Source of the DNA: Octopus sinensis
Lineage: Eukaryota
DNA length: 64,000 nucleotides
Direction: 5' to 3'
Assembly: GCF_006345805.1 (NCBI RefSeq)
Contig: NC_042999.1
Coordinates: 110,112,001-110,176,000, forward strand
Shown here: one piece after another, positions 24,949 to 38,202 of the stretch
Layout of the letters: the number at the start of each line of letters is the position of its first letter
Position numbering within the stretch: the first letter of the stretch is position 1
Program-made: the position numbers and the translations under genes
The notes under the pieces: model-generated
The model's input: the letters and a program-made list of their open reading frames with translations, nothing else
What the model was told of the DNA's origin: nothing
The model's database searches: none

Positions 24949-26202
24949 GTATATGTATTTATATGTGTATATACATATGTATATGCATAGCACACATATA
25001 TGTACAAGCACACACATGCATATAAATCTATATATGGATGGATGGATGTGTATATATATATATGTATGTATATATGTATGTATATGTGTGTGTGTATATA
25101 TATATAAAATATATATATATATATACTTATACATATACATACATACACATACTTAATTCTAACTTTTGAAACCATGTATACAATAACTTATATACTCATT
25201 GAACTAGTGTCTTAGAATTTAAGCATTGCAGACACATGTACCCTTAATGTATACAGAATCAGTGCAGCATAGTGTGTGACAACATTAGTCATTAAAAATT
25301 TCAGGCATAGTTAATTGATAGCTTCCTCAGTTTACATCTACATATTTCATTCACATGGTTTTGGTCAACCCAAGCTTTATAAAAGGCACTTAATATACCA
25401 CTCAGTGGGATCAAACCTGAGACCTCATGATTGTAAAGCAATCTTCTTAACTACTTGAACATGCCCTAGTGATACATATGCAAATATCCACACACACACA
25501 TCATCGTCATCATCATCATCGTTTGATGTCCGTTTTCCATGCTGGCGTGGGTTGGACGGTTTGACTGAGGTCTGGAAAGCCAGTGGCTGTACCAGGCTCC
25601 ACTCTGATCAGGCAATGTTTCTACAGCTAGATGCCCTTCCTAACGCCAACCAGTCAGAGAGTGTAGTGGGTGCTTTTTATGTACCACTGGCACAAGAGCC
25701 AGTCAGGCGAGCCTAGCATCAATCATGTTCAGATAGTGCATTTTACGTGCCACCAGCACAGAAGTCAGTCAGGCAGCCCTGGCGTATATATATATATATG
25801 ATGGCTGTCCTACTACAACCAAGAATAACCATCAACCAAGGATAACCATCACCGAGTTTTGCCCATGCAAAATGTCAGTAATGCCTGTGCATAAGATTAT
25901 TGTGCCTGTGGTCAGCTTTACTCAGACTAACACTCATGGCTTTGATGCTCACTATGTTGGCCTCCTACTCAACAAGGCATTAGAAAATTGTCTCACCAAT
26001 GATTGCACAAACTTGAACAACACCACATAAGCCCTCTCCCACCTATTGACATGATCCAGAGACAAGCTAGAACAAGATATGTGCAGTGCCAATATGTATG
26101 TGAATATACATATTCACATACATACAGACATGCATGTATATTATATATATACATTCATAAATATATATTAAATAAATATATTTGTGTGTGTGTATATATA
26201 TA

Positions 26203-26250
<48 letters not shown>

Positions 26251-28956
26251 AACATATGATGACTGTCCATTTATAACTGAAGAAGACTATCACTGACCAT
26301 TTCCCATGCAAAATGAAAGCAATGCTTGTGCATGGGATTATTTCACTCACAGTCAGCATTGCCCAGGCTTGTGTCCACAGTCGCCATGCTTGCCACAGTG
26401 TCCTCATGCACAAAGGCGCATCAGAAAGTCACCTCACTGGCGACTGCACAACCTAAAATTTTAGGTCTAATAAAAGCTTGCCCAGCACCTCACACACCCT
26501 CTCCACCCTACTGACATGATCCAGAGACAAGCTAGGGCAAGATACCCAGTGGCAATATGGGTTGCCAGCTCAAGAATGTGAGAATGCCATGATCTCTAGC
26601 GCAATCAGAAGATCCCTTAAATGTTCAATGCTATTCCCTGCATATCTGGTTTTATATCAGAGTGACCTTCTAGAGCCATGTTTTAACAAAAGCTGTCCAG
26701 TGCCCCACCCCCACTTAGCAACAAGCATGGTGTGTGCGTGTGGTGTGAGTACATTTAGAAATGTTTATCCATATGCAGTTATATAGGATTTGTATACATT
26801 CAAACACATACATATCTATGTACAAAGTGCCTTGAATGTAGGCAACTTATAGTTGCAATATTAAAAACCGAGACTGTCAATGAATCCCTTTCTCTAAATA
26901 TTGTACTTCTTTAAGCTGAAAATAATTCACTTGTTCAATCTCACAACTTGTTTCCATTGGTGAAACAATGCCACAGCTCTCAAAATATACAATGTGCCAA
27001 CTTCTTTGGAGATTTTGTTAAAAGGGAAATGAATTATGATTTCTGTGAGAATAAAATAGATTTTAATTCCTTTCAGAACATCTCTTGACACAAAACCCGA
27101 AATAGTGTATGCCCATGTTTATATTTGAAATAATATTTCAAGACAGTGAAAAGATGTGCTGATAAAATTTTTATAGTTACTAAAAGTATCCCAAAAAGTA
27201 GCAAAAGTCATGCAAACAATATCTCTGTGTATGATATTCCAATTAATAACACTTTATTATGGTACTTCTCTGTAAGGGTATTCTAATCTGAAAGTACCTT
27301 AAGAAAATATAGCTAAATAAAATAGTTACTTGTTTAGAAAAGCGATTTGACTAAATGCATTACAACAGATATGTCAACGTAGAAGTTAATACATATTTTT
27401 TAAAGATCAGAACTGATTAAAGAAAGATCAGAATTGATAAAAAAAAAAATAGTGATCTTGGCTTAGCGTTGCTGATATTGGCAGATAGAGTGAAAGAGAA
27501 GGAAAGAAAGAGAGAAAGTGTATGAGTGAGTATGTGTGTAGATGAATGTGTATATGTATGTGTGCATATTTCTGTGTGGATTTATGTCTGTATGTGTGTA
27601 TAAGAAGTGTAAGTAATGAGGAGGAAATTTACTCTATATTTACATGTGTGAACCATACAGGTGGTAAGTACAAGCAAGCTTTGGGGGGAACCAATTATTA
27701 GTGTAAAGACAGGCAAAGAAGATGAGAGAAAACAGTAACAACAACAACAAACAGAAAACGAAATAACGCAGAATGAAAATGTTGGCAAAAAAAAAAACAA
27801 AAAAAGAATTGCGAAGAAAAAACATGTGAAAACTTATCAAAATATAAAAGAGAAAAATAATAATAAAAAACCCAAAAAACTCCAGCATCTGTGACACCCC
27901 CTGAGTTAACATTATCGAGAGTAAATATCATAATCTTATTTTAGATATTTGATTTCAGTTATATCCCACCCTGCACTAACACATGTGTAGTCATACATAC
28001 ATCTAAATATTTGTTCATTGAATATAGCACAACTATAGAGGAAGATTTCAGCTAATTGGTCTCTAGATTTAGCACATTGCTTTAACAGAAATGGAAACGG
28101 TGAAATTGCGAGTAAATCTAACCAACAACCCATATAAATTAATATGTGGTGGTGGGACACTTGACTCCTGATGGAAAAACTTCAGGGTGATGTTTGGGGC
28201 ATTTTACACCTGATGAAGCCTATCTCTCTCCAGGTCTCAACTCTGCTGATTTCTCCAAGAGAAATTGCTAGACACAGAGAAAGCGAAAAAGTGGAAGTGA
28301 ATAAGATTTGACCCTAGTATTTGACAGGTATTTTATCGACCTTGAATGGATATAAGGTAACACTGACTTCAGTGGGATTTGAACTTAAAGAGCAGAAAAC
28401 CAGAACAATTCTATCCAACACTATTTGAATTGTCGCCCATCCATTTAACCCTAGGCTGGAGACATTAGTGACTAGGCCTAATGCTTTAAGTTTCATTCAT
28501 GCATCATTTTTCCATGTTCCAATCATATCAGAATTAACAATCCTTTTCTATCAAGAATAAAAGACTTAAACACCAATTGTATACTGAATTTGCTTCGGTT
28601 AAGTATAACTGGTCATACTATGAAAATTTTTTAATCTTTTGTTGATAAAGGACATATCTAATCTATTTAAAAACTAAAATATGCCCATATTACTGAAGGC
28701 TTTTACAAGGTTAAATATTACAATTTTTTATCTGCAATAGTATTATGTAATACAATCATGGTGGATTGCCGTAATTATGAAAAGCATCACGGAAAATGCT
28801 TTGCATCATTTGTTATAGCTTAGGGTGGCAAACTGGCAGTATCATTAGCATGCCAAGTAAAATGCTTGTGGCATTTTGTCTGTCATTATGCTTGGAGTTC
28901 AAAATGAAAATGACTCAAGTGTCTTGAAGCCCCCTTGGCCAAAGAAGTATATTTAA

Positions 28957-29127
28957 CCCTTTAACATTCATATTCCTTTGTCAAATATAATGCTTATTTA
29001 GTCACATGTGATTATATAGTTTTATAATGACATTGTAGGGAAGGTTAGAGAAGTTGGATCTGGTCAGTTTTAACATAAAACAGGTAGAATATTTGGGCCG
29101 GATATGGCTGGATTAGATGCTAAAGGG
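28957..29127. mobile_element. piggyBac-like MITE (second family)
   Basis: TTAA flanks 28953-28956 and 29128-29131; termini CCCTTTAACAT...ATGCTAAAGGG. Confidence 0.75.
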
Positions 29128-29670
29128 TTAACTAGATGGGGTTAAAATTCTTTATAACCGGAAAAAAAAATGCAAGTTAAAAAAGGCAATCCATATCAAA
29201 TCCATTTTATAATTAACTATTGAGCAATGATATCACATAGATAAGACAGTGAAGATGGCGAAGGAAAGAGAGGCACACACCATAGATGAGTTTAAAGTTA
29301 AGCTGTATTTTAAGCTCAACAATTTCCAGTTACACAAAACCAAGAATAAAATAACAATACCTTAATCTTCATCCACTCCATGAGGATTCTTAGTCAAGTG
29401 TGTAGTTAACTTCTTACTTAATTCCAAACATTTTCACAATTATTGTGTTTATAAGATAGTTTTTTGGAAACTAGCAGATGGTTCTCTACTAGTTTAATGT
29501 CAGTTATGAAGATCTCTTTACCTTATAATTTTTGTTGTTGTTGTTATGAAATGATTTATGATGTTAAATGACACACAAAATTTGCTACTTCACTGTTTGT
29601 TCACTATCAGGGAAAGAAGTGAATGGTCTTTATATGACTGGAATTTCTATGAGGTTAAAAAAAAAAATGA

Positions 29671-30025
29671 AGGCGTGGCTGGGTAGTAAGAAGTTTGCTT
29701 CTTAGTTATATGGTTCCAGGTTCAGTCCTAGAGCACGGCACCTTTGGCAGGTGTCTTCTACTACAGATTTAGGCGACCAAAGTCTTGTGAGTGGATTTGG
29801 TAGACAAAAACTGAAAGAAGCTCATCGTATGTGTGTGTTTGTTTGCCAACACCGCTTGACAACCAGTGTTGATTTGTTTACGTCCTTGTAACTTAGCGGT
29901 TCAGCAAAAAAGACTGACAGAATAAGTACCAAACTTACAAAAATACTAAGTCCAGGAATCAATTCATTCAACTAAAACCCTTCAAAGCAGTGCTCCAGCA
30001 TGTCCGCAGTCAGGTGACTGAAACA
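29671..30025 (+). mobile_element. CORE-type tRNA SINE, family A
   Basis: Diverged copy of the 40694-41079 family. Confidence 0.8.
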
Positions 30026-31269
30026 AAGGAAAGGATAAATACAAGGGAGCCTTTATGTAATAGTAGACTTGCTAAAAATAGCAGCCTTATCTCTATCAAA
30101 TCACACCATACTATCTTTTGACAAAAGAACGATACTTTATACAATGCAGTCATAGGTCACAATACCTGAAAAAAGTCGTCACGGTTGGAATGGCTTTAAT
30201 CATAGTTCTATCTTACCTGATCGAGGCCCACATGAGATTTAACAACATTACTGCTGTAAGATAATGCATTTATTCGATTAATTTTCGTTTAAGTAAATAC
30301 GCGAATATACTGTATAATTTATTCAACACGTCTTTTCAGGTTAAAAACTAATTTGTCATTAAAAGTTGTTATCACAAAAATCTGTTAAAAGTAGCAGTAA
30401 AATTTCTCTCAAATTACAATGCAGTGTCTCAAAAACGAAGACCTAGATACATAATCTGAAAAACAGAGAGAGGGTCACGTCTGAAACGACCCCGATCATG
30501 AGCCTACTTGATCAGAACTGATATGAAGCTACATGATATCGAAGGGGTGCAAACATAAATTTTGCTTGATATTATGACAGAAATTGCAAGACAAATATCG
30601 TGGTAATGGGCATTATTATTTTCGTTTTGACCTCTGAGTTTGGCGTACAACTTATGACCGAAGTTCACTTCATAACAACGAAATCCCAGGTTCGATCTTC
30701 CCGCATGATATCTTGAGCAAATTTCATTTTCCTTATAACAGTCCTGACCTGAGACTACGTGGGCAAATTGGGTCGACGAAAACTGTATAGAAGACTGTCA
30801 GAAAGATGGGTTGTGTGAATGACTGAATCCGCACTGTCGAAACCTACGGAAATCCATCTATTTATTTAAAAATTGCTGGTGTGTTGGCAACAATATCTTG
30901 CGATTAGAGGCTGTCATTGCTCCAGATCATTTTTGATCAAACTATGAGAAAAGATATTCCAGACGTAGAAACCCATCATTTATTTTATTCTACAGTTATT
31001 TATTTATTTTGTTTTTAAGAAGTATAGATTTTATTTTCATTTAAATGTACATCTTTTAGAACAATGTCATTTTATAAGATTTTGCTGGCAAATTCTTAAA
31101 TTAACATAAGCGTTTATTTACATGAAAGAAAATTACCGGAGAACTTTCTTCTAATTTTTCCAAATCTTTCTATTAAAACTGTATTGAAACCATTTATGTG
31201 AAAGAAAAAGAAAAAAAAAACCCAAAAAAGCAATGCAGCACCAAGCGTTTCAACTGGTCCCACTCCACA

Positions 31270-31500
31270 AGGTTCAACGGGACATACTGAAGCAAGCCAG
31301 CACGCTTGCAGTATTACCACGGGCGATGGTGAGGCCAAGGCGTTCGAAAAGCCAAGCGCCCACACGGGCATCACCTAACACCTCAGTCAGGTGTGCTGCC
31401 AACGATGACAAGAACTTCGCGGTTAGTTGCCCAGTCTCTCCGAACATTTCAAAAGCCACAGATTGGACGAGATAGTTCAGTCAGGTCTCGATACTTCAGT
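31270..31500 (-). mobile_element. 3' fragment of a CRE-like non-LTR retrotransposon (RLE C-terminus)
   Basis: KYRDL(frameshift)NYLVQSVAFEMFGETGQLTAKFLSSLAAHLTEVLGDARVGAWLFERLGLTIARGNTASVL matches the recalled CRE C-terminal pattern PVAFET.G..G....FL..LG..L....GD.R...FL.QRIS.AIQRGNAASVL. Confidence 0.75.
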
Positions 31501-31873
31501 GTTTATGTATCAAAGACTAATTTATCCAATGTGTCCTTTTTCATTTTTTTAAAGGCGGTAATGTATTATGAACTGAGGGATATTTGGCTGGTATTTCTCC
31601 TAGGTCTGGCGATTAAATTAAACTTCTTTTCTTGGCATATGCAAACGCACATCGATATGGCCTCCAAATCAATTATTAAACGATTCAATTAGTTTTGCAA
31701 TATGAAATAAATTTTGATTTTAAAATTTACGAATTTGTTTTACGGGATTAGGTGTATTTATTACAGAAAAGAGGGTGACGCGGCTGTTATTTCTAGACGG
31801 TCAAGTGACAATGAAGAGATTCCTCGCATTTCAGTTTGTTTTATTCATTTTACGCTCATAACGATCACTTTGG

Positions 31874-32269
31874 GGTAATTTTTGGTTATCTCACCCCCAT
31901 TAAAAAAATTGGTCAATCTCCATCTCCAAAAATTATTTAACTCTCAATAAAAAAAGAAAACAAGTGAATAGATGAAATATCTTATTGAATCTGATATTTT
32001 TTTATAACAAATCATACAAAACTGAAAAGATTAATAAGCACGAAAACTGATAAAATTAAACCTCTTACTGAATCTGATAATATTTTTATAGCAAATCATA
32101 CCATGCCTATCGAGGAGGACAAACGTGAACAATATTGAAGTATTGAATCAAAAGAATCTAACTACTTTAATCCAATCTCTTGTCGTCACAAACTCAATAT
32201 TTTAGTGGGGAGATAACCCAGTTTTTTAATGGCAATTTTTTAATGGGGGTGAGATAACCAAAAAGTACC
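31874..32269. mobile_element. Non-autonomous DNA transposon with GG-ended TIRs and 8-bp TSD (Merlin-like)
   Basis: TIRs GGTAATTTTTGGTTATCTCACCCCCATTAAAAAAATT / AATTTTTTAATGGGGGTGAGATAACCAAAAAGTACC; TSD CACTTTGG at 31866-31873 and 32270-32277. Confidence 0.8.
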
Positions 32270-32659
32270 CACTTTGGTTTTCTGCAAATTCATACGATTA
32301 TGTAAACCCCACCACAAAAAAAAAAATGGTGGAGAGAGATTGCGTGATTTAAGGCCTATTTGGCTGTTACTTTTAGCACATCTCTCGACCACGATACAAG
32401 CACATTTCGTGTAGAATATATTTGGCAATACGTGCAATCTCACAGACAAAGGAGTTGTCATGTTTGGCTTGTTACAATGAAAACAGGCATGAATATGTCT
32501 GTGGCTTACGAATGGCTAAATTACCCCAAATCGTCTTCCCATTGTCGTGGAGGCCTTCCAAGTGGTCTTCCCCAACCTCTTGGATACCAATCAATCTATT
32601 TAAGTTCATGTTATTGCTCCATTTTCTTTATAGTCTTTTGCTCATTTTACCCGTTCATT

Positions 32660-33249
32660 GGATCTTTTCCTTTTGAACGGCAGTTTTCAACACAATTTCT
32701 AGTTAACTAAACACTTTTAAACTTCGTATACTGGTAGAATGTGTTTATAAAACATCATTTTTTTCTTGGCTTTATTGAGAAAATTCCATAGTTTGTAACA
32801 TATTTCCACTTTAAAATCGAGCATTTCGGCAATTTTAACCAATCGCTCACCTCCATTTGCAGTGAAAACATTCCGTGCTCTATGAATATGTCCCTCGGAA
32901 ACAGATTGGGTTTATTTACATTTGCGAAGAAAAAAAGATACCCTTTTAGGTTAGGGGTGGGGGAAGGGTATCTTTTTTTCTTCGCAAATGTAAATAAACC
33001 CAATCTGTTTCCGAGGGACATATTCATAGAGCACGGAATGTTTTCACTGCAAATGGAGGTGAGCGATTGGTTAAAATTGCCGAAATGCTCGATTTTAAAG
33101 TGGAAATATGTTACAAACTATGGAATTTTCTCAATAAAGCCAAGAAAAAAATGATGTTTTATAAACACATTCTACCAGTATACGAAGTTTAAAAGTGTTT
33201 AGTTAACTAGAAATTGTGTTGAAAACTGCCGTTCAAAAGGAAAAGATCC
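32660..33249. mobile_element. Foldback DNA transposon (286-bp arms, 18-nt G-rich loop, 8-bp TSD)
   Basis: 32660-32945 is the reverse complement of 32964-33249; ends GGATC...GATCC; TSD CGTTCATT at 32652-32659 and 33250-33257; loop TTAGGTTAGGGGTGGGGG. Confidence 0.9.
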
Positions 33250-34624
33250 CGTTCATTTCTTATTATTTTGCGGTATATTGATTATGAATTTTTTTTTGCA
33301 GGCAATCTGTTTAGGCCGCCATTGAAGCAAAGGATAATATACGAGCTGCTAGAAACAACAACCAAATTTCTTTCGCTCTTACTCAACCGTATGACAACAA
33401 CAACAACAACAATAATAATAATAATAGTAATAATAATAATAATAAAATTAAACAAAATTAATCGCAGTCAAGGCTATCATTGGTATATCTAGTAATCACT
33501 GTCCTAGAAAAACAAAAAAAAAAAAGCTTTATCAAGGCTGAAATGTTGATGATTGGCTAGCACAACTAAAGTATTGATGAATTCCTTAAAAAATAATAAA
33601 AATTAATGGATTATTTTTTGTAACACATTTTTTTTTTCCTTATATATTTTCCCGACAATTTATAGTTAAAACAATAAGTGTTTACCTTTTATTAATGAAA
33701 TAATTAGCGAGTCAGTTTATAATTACGGTCTTCTTGATGTAAAAAACGATTAAATTCTTGTAGATATTTTATGTATTTAACGAGAAATCAGTTGCGAGTA
33801 GACATCGATGAAATGCATGAATTTATGACTTTTGCTTTTACTGTAATTTACTTTTTTTCTGATGAAAGAAAATCTTTTTTCAAAGATATAAATAATAGTA
33901 TAATTACAGGATCTTTTCTGCTTGGCTTCAGTTGTGGAAATTTGAAAGGTTATTGAAAATTTTATGGTTCGGTGTATTAATGTAGTTTTCCACGCTGAAT
34001 CTCAGAAGATATTTCACTTTTTCCAGAATTTTTTTTTTTTAAAGGCTTAAGACGTTTAAAATTTGACGATTTTCACCCAGTTAGAAAACAGGATTTGGAA
34101 ACTGTCATTTCGTGCGTGACAGCACGAGTTGTCAACATTCTAAAAATGTGTTTTGATGTGAAACTGTAAATAAATCAACTTTTGCTTTACCCACAACATT
34201 TAACCTTTTTTTAGCTTTTGGAATTTCCAGAAATTTTTTGCGAATTTGTGCGTGATTTAAGGTCTGTTTGGCTGTTACTTTTAGCACATCTCTCGACCAC
34301 CAGGATACATGAGCAGATGAGCACATTTCGCGTAGAATGTATTTGTCAACACGTGCAACCTTACATACAAAAAGATTGTCATGTTTGGCTCGTTTCGAAA
34401 ACGTACGAGTGGTCAAAAACTTTCATTGATAATTTTCATACTGTATGATGCAAGTATTCACTTTAAATTCATTGACATTTTTCAGAAATACAACAAATTA
34501 GTTAAATACGAAATCTGAGCGATCTAAACGACACAAACTATGCACTTTGAATCCATTATATTTCATTGTAATAACTGAGCTACGAAGGATGGCATCTGAA
34601 AAGTTTAATAAAAACTTTTTTTTT

Positions 34625-35015
34625 TTTACTACCCACAAGGGGCTAAACATAGAGGGGACAAACAAGGACAGACAAACGGATTAAGTCGATTACATCGACC
34701 CCAGTGCGTAACTGGTACTTAAATTTATCGACCCCGAAAGGATAAAAGGCAAAGTCGACCTTGGCGGAATTTGAACTCAGAACGTAACGGTAGACGAAAT
34801 ACGGCTACGCATTTCGCCCGGCGTGCTAGAAATTTTTGGGAAGGGGGGCCAGTCGAGTAAATCGACCCCAGTACGCAACTGGTACTTAATTTATCGACCT
34901 CGAAGAATGAAATTAAAATCGACCTCGGCAGAATTTGAACTCAGATTGTAAAGACAGTTGAAATGCTGCTAAGCATTTCGCCCGGCGTGCTAACGTTTCT
35001 ACCAGCTCGCCGCCT
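34625..35015 (-). mobile_element. Two adjacent family B (Nin/Deu-domain) SINEs
   Basis: Two consecutive reverse copies of the Nin-domain block in the same orientation. Confidence 0.8.
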
Positions 35016-35381
35016 TAAGGCAGAAAAATATTGTAGAGCTGTAAGAAAGATCCTCCAAATTAACCTCCTCTGCAGACATATTTTTGCAGCTATGTTTATC
35101 TCCTGTTGCCTTTTTTCTATAGTTTACATTTTCCCTGAAGTCAAAGGTTATTGATTTGATTTATGATTCAACACTCTTAGCCATTGTCTCAGCGTCAACT
35201 TTTCTCACAAAAATTAAATATTTTACACTGTCTAATGTGAATTTTACATGGAATTTCTGTAGACACATGCAAATATGTGGAGACAAACATATTTCAAGTA
35301 CAACGGTATAGTCTCATATTCTAACTCACAGCGTGACGTCCTGTTACAGTGCATTTCAATTGACTACAGTAGCATCCCAAT

Positions 35382-35533
35382 CGGTAACGTAGCTAGAATG
35401 TGTGCCACCCGGGGCGGCCTTTCCCGTTTGCCGCCTCCAGACCTCACAGAAAACACACATTGCCTACAGCTGACCCAAAAGTGCTGCCGGGGGCAGATCA
35501 CCCCTACCGCCTCTGCCCCTAGCTACGCCAGTG
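35382..35533. mobile_element. hAT-like GC-rich MITE
   Basis: Termini CGGTAACGTAGCTAG...CTAGCTACGCCAGTG; 8-bp TSD ATCCCAAT at 35374-35381 and 35534-35541. Confidence 0.8.
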
Positions 35534-35769
35534 ATCCCAATTCTTATGGAAGCCCATCAATTAATATATACTTGTAATTCAATGCTTCATCTACTGTGCA
35601 ATTCAATAGATTTGATTACATGGTTCAGGGAAATATTGCGTCACTTGACACAATAATTTTCATGTGTAGATAATCCAGTCATTGATTTTGGTGGTGGTGA
35701 TAGTGTATTTTTATGCGAGTTTATGTGTGCCTTGTGAACCTAGTTGTCAATAAAGATATTCTCATATTT

Positions 35770-36476
35770 ATAATGTTTGGGGTCCTGATACAGTTTAGTG
35801 TCCTGAAAAAGTTGAGAGTCTTGATGCACTTTAGTATCTTGATAAAGTTTGGGTCCTGATGCATTTTCGTGTCTGGATAAAGTGTAGGGTTCTGATGTAG
35901 TTTAGTGTCTTGATAAAGTTAAAGGCCCCGATGCAGTTTAATGTCCAGAAGCAGTTTAGGGTCCTGATGTAGTTTAGAGTCCTGATGCACTTTAGTGTCT
36001 TGATAAAGCTTAGGGTGCTGACGCACATCAATATCCTGATAAAGCTTGGGGTTCTGATGCACTTTAGTGTATTGACAAAGTTCAGGGTGCTGAAAAAAGT
36101 TTAGCCTTCGGATGCACTTAAGTGTCCCCTTAAAATTTAGGGTGCTGATGCACTTTAGTGTCCTGATAGATTTTGGTGTCCTGGTGCAGTTTAGTGTCTT
36201 GATAAGATTGAGCGCCCTGATGCACTTCAGTGTCCTAATAAAGTTTAGGGTCCTGGTGTACTTTAGTGTATTGATAAAGTTTTGATCCGCGATAAAGTTT
36301 AGGTTCCTAATTCACTTCCGTGTCCTGTTGCATTTTAGGGTCCTGATGCACTTTAGTAACCTGATGCGGTTTAGTGTCCTGATTCAGATGGTGTCCTGAT
36401 GCACTTAAGTGTCCTGATAAAGTTTAGGGTCCTGATGCATTCTTGGGTCTTGATGCAGTTTAGGGCCCTGATGCAG
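35770..36476. repeat. 18-bp minisatellite with alternating A/B units (36-bp higher-order repeat)
   Basis: Units CCTGATGCACTTTAGTGT and CCTGATAAAGTTTAGGGT; roughly 39 units. Confidence 0.9.
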
Positions 36477-36989
36477 TGATATTATATGGTCTATCGCTCC
36501 GTAAATAGACTTAAGAAACATGAACTTCGGTAGGAAATGATGGTGGTGGAATGCTGGAGTGTTAACAAGCGGTTTCACTTGATTACCGTTTTGTAGTAAT
36601 GGTTCACATTTTATATTTAGCGGATAAGACGACCCCTTGTTTTTAGGAGAGATTTCTAAGCTTCAAATATGGCAGATTAAAACAATATATAAAAACATGT
36701 GCTTGTGTTAATTTGTGTGCGAATGTACATGTGTTTGTACGAACGCTTATATTTATTTTCAAAGGTACATTAATAAACTATGAAAAGCAGAAGTAAAAGA
36801 TGCAATGTCAAAGGATTTTCAGTAAGTAATAAGTAATTTACGCTTGTAAATTGTGTATGTGTGTGTGTGTGCGTGCCATGTCCTATAACTGCCTGTTTCT
36901 CCAACTTTGTAGGGTCTTCCCTGTTGCTGTAACATACTGTGAAATTTTAAAATTACATCAAAATTTTCAAATTTCGAATATTCTTTTTT

Positions 36990-37370
36990 ACTCTAGGCAC
37001 AAGACCCGAAATGTTTGGAGCTAGTCGATTATATCGACCCAGTGCGTAACTGGTAATTAACTTATAGACCCCTAAAAGATGAAAGGCAAAGTTGACCTCG
37101 GCAGAATTTGAACTCAGAACGTAAAGGCTGATGAAATACCTATTTCTTTACTACCCACAAGGGGCTAAACACAGAGAAGACAAACAAGGACAGACACACG
37201 GATTAAGTCGATTATATCGACCCCAGCGCGTAACTGGTACTTATTTAATCGATCCCGAGAGGATGAAAGGCAAAGTCGACCTCGGTGTAATTTGAACTCA
37301 GAACGTAGCGGCAGACGAAATACTGCTAAGCATTTCGCCCGGCGTGCTAACGTTTCTGCCAGCTCGCCGC
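36990..37370 (-). mobile_element. Two adjacent family B SINEs
   Basis: Same Nin-domain motif twice, same orientation. Confidence 0.8.
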
Positions 37371-38202
37371 TTTTCAAATTTGGTATATTGAAATAGTTTT
37401 TCATGTTAAATCCGATTTTGTTATTCATTTATTTCAGAAAAAAGTTACAGAAGCTTAAAGTTTAATCAATTTTACCTAATCGACTTAGCAGGACTTGGAA
37501 GCTGGCATTTTCTGCATGATAGCTATCTATCACAAAATGAAAGTAAGATCATTACGAGGAGGAATTTTTTATTAAACAAAAGGAAGCAAAGCATTACGCT
37601 GGCCAAAGTTGTAAAAACTTCTGAAATTTTAATAAGTTCTAATGAATAAAGTCATATGAAACGGTCGAACGGACATGTAAATGATTTAGAAAGGAAAAAA
37701 ATATCCTCAACTAACTTTTTTGCGAAAAATTGCACAAATCAGTCCTGATCAAGAGACTTATCTGTCGGGGAAGGCATGGTCTGACATGGAATAAACAAAA
37801 ATTTATACAAGACATTCCATTGTAAAAATTGTCCAGCAACGACAGGCTGTTCAGCTAGTGTATATTTAAATGATTGTGTGTGTGCGTGTGTGGTAGTTAA
37901 TTAAAGCTTGAGTACACATTTGGTAGCATGCCTTTAAAGAACGTTCATGAAGCCTTTGGGCAACCACCCACAGGCAAAAAATGACATGCTGCATAATCAA
38001 ATCAAGCGAAACCGAATTAAATGAACGAGGCACTTTTTGAAAAGTTGCCTGAGGAGACACATATACACCAAAAGATGCACCATAACCAGTTCCATCGTAT
38101 CTCACTCGCGAGGGATCGATGCTAGATGGGTGGAAACAATCATTGGGATTAATAAAGAATCTAGTGAATTCCATTTTCTGTTCCTTTCATTTGTTTTATA
38201 TA

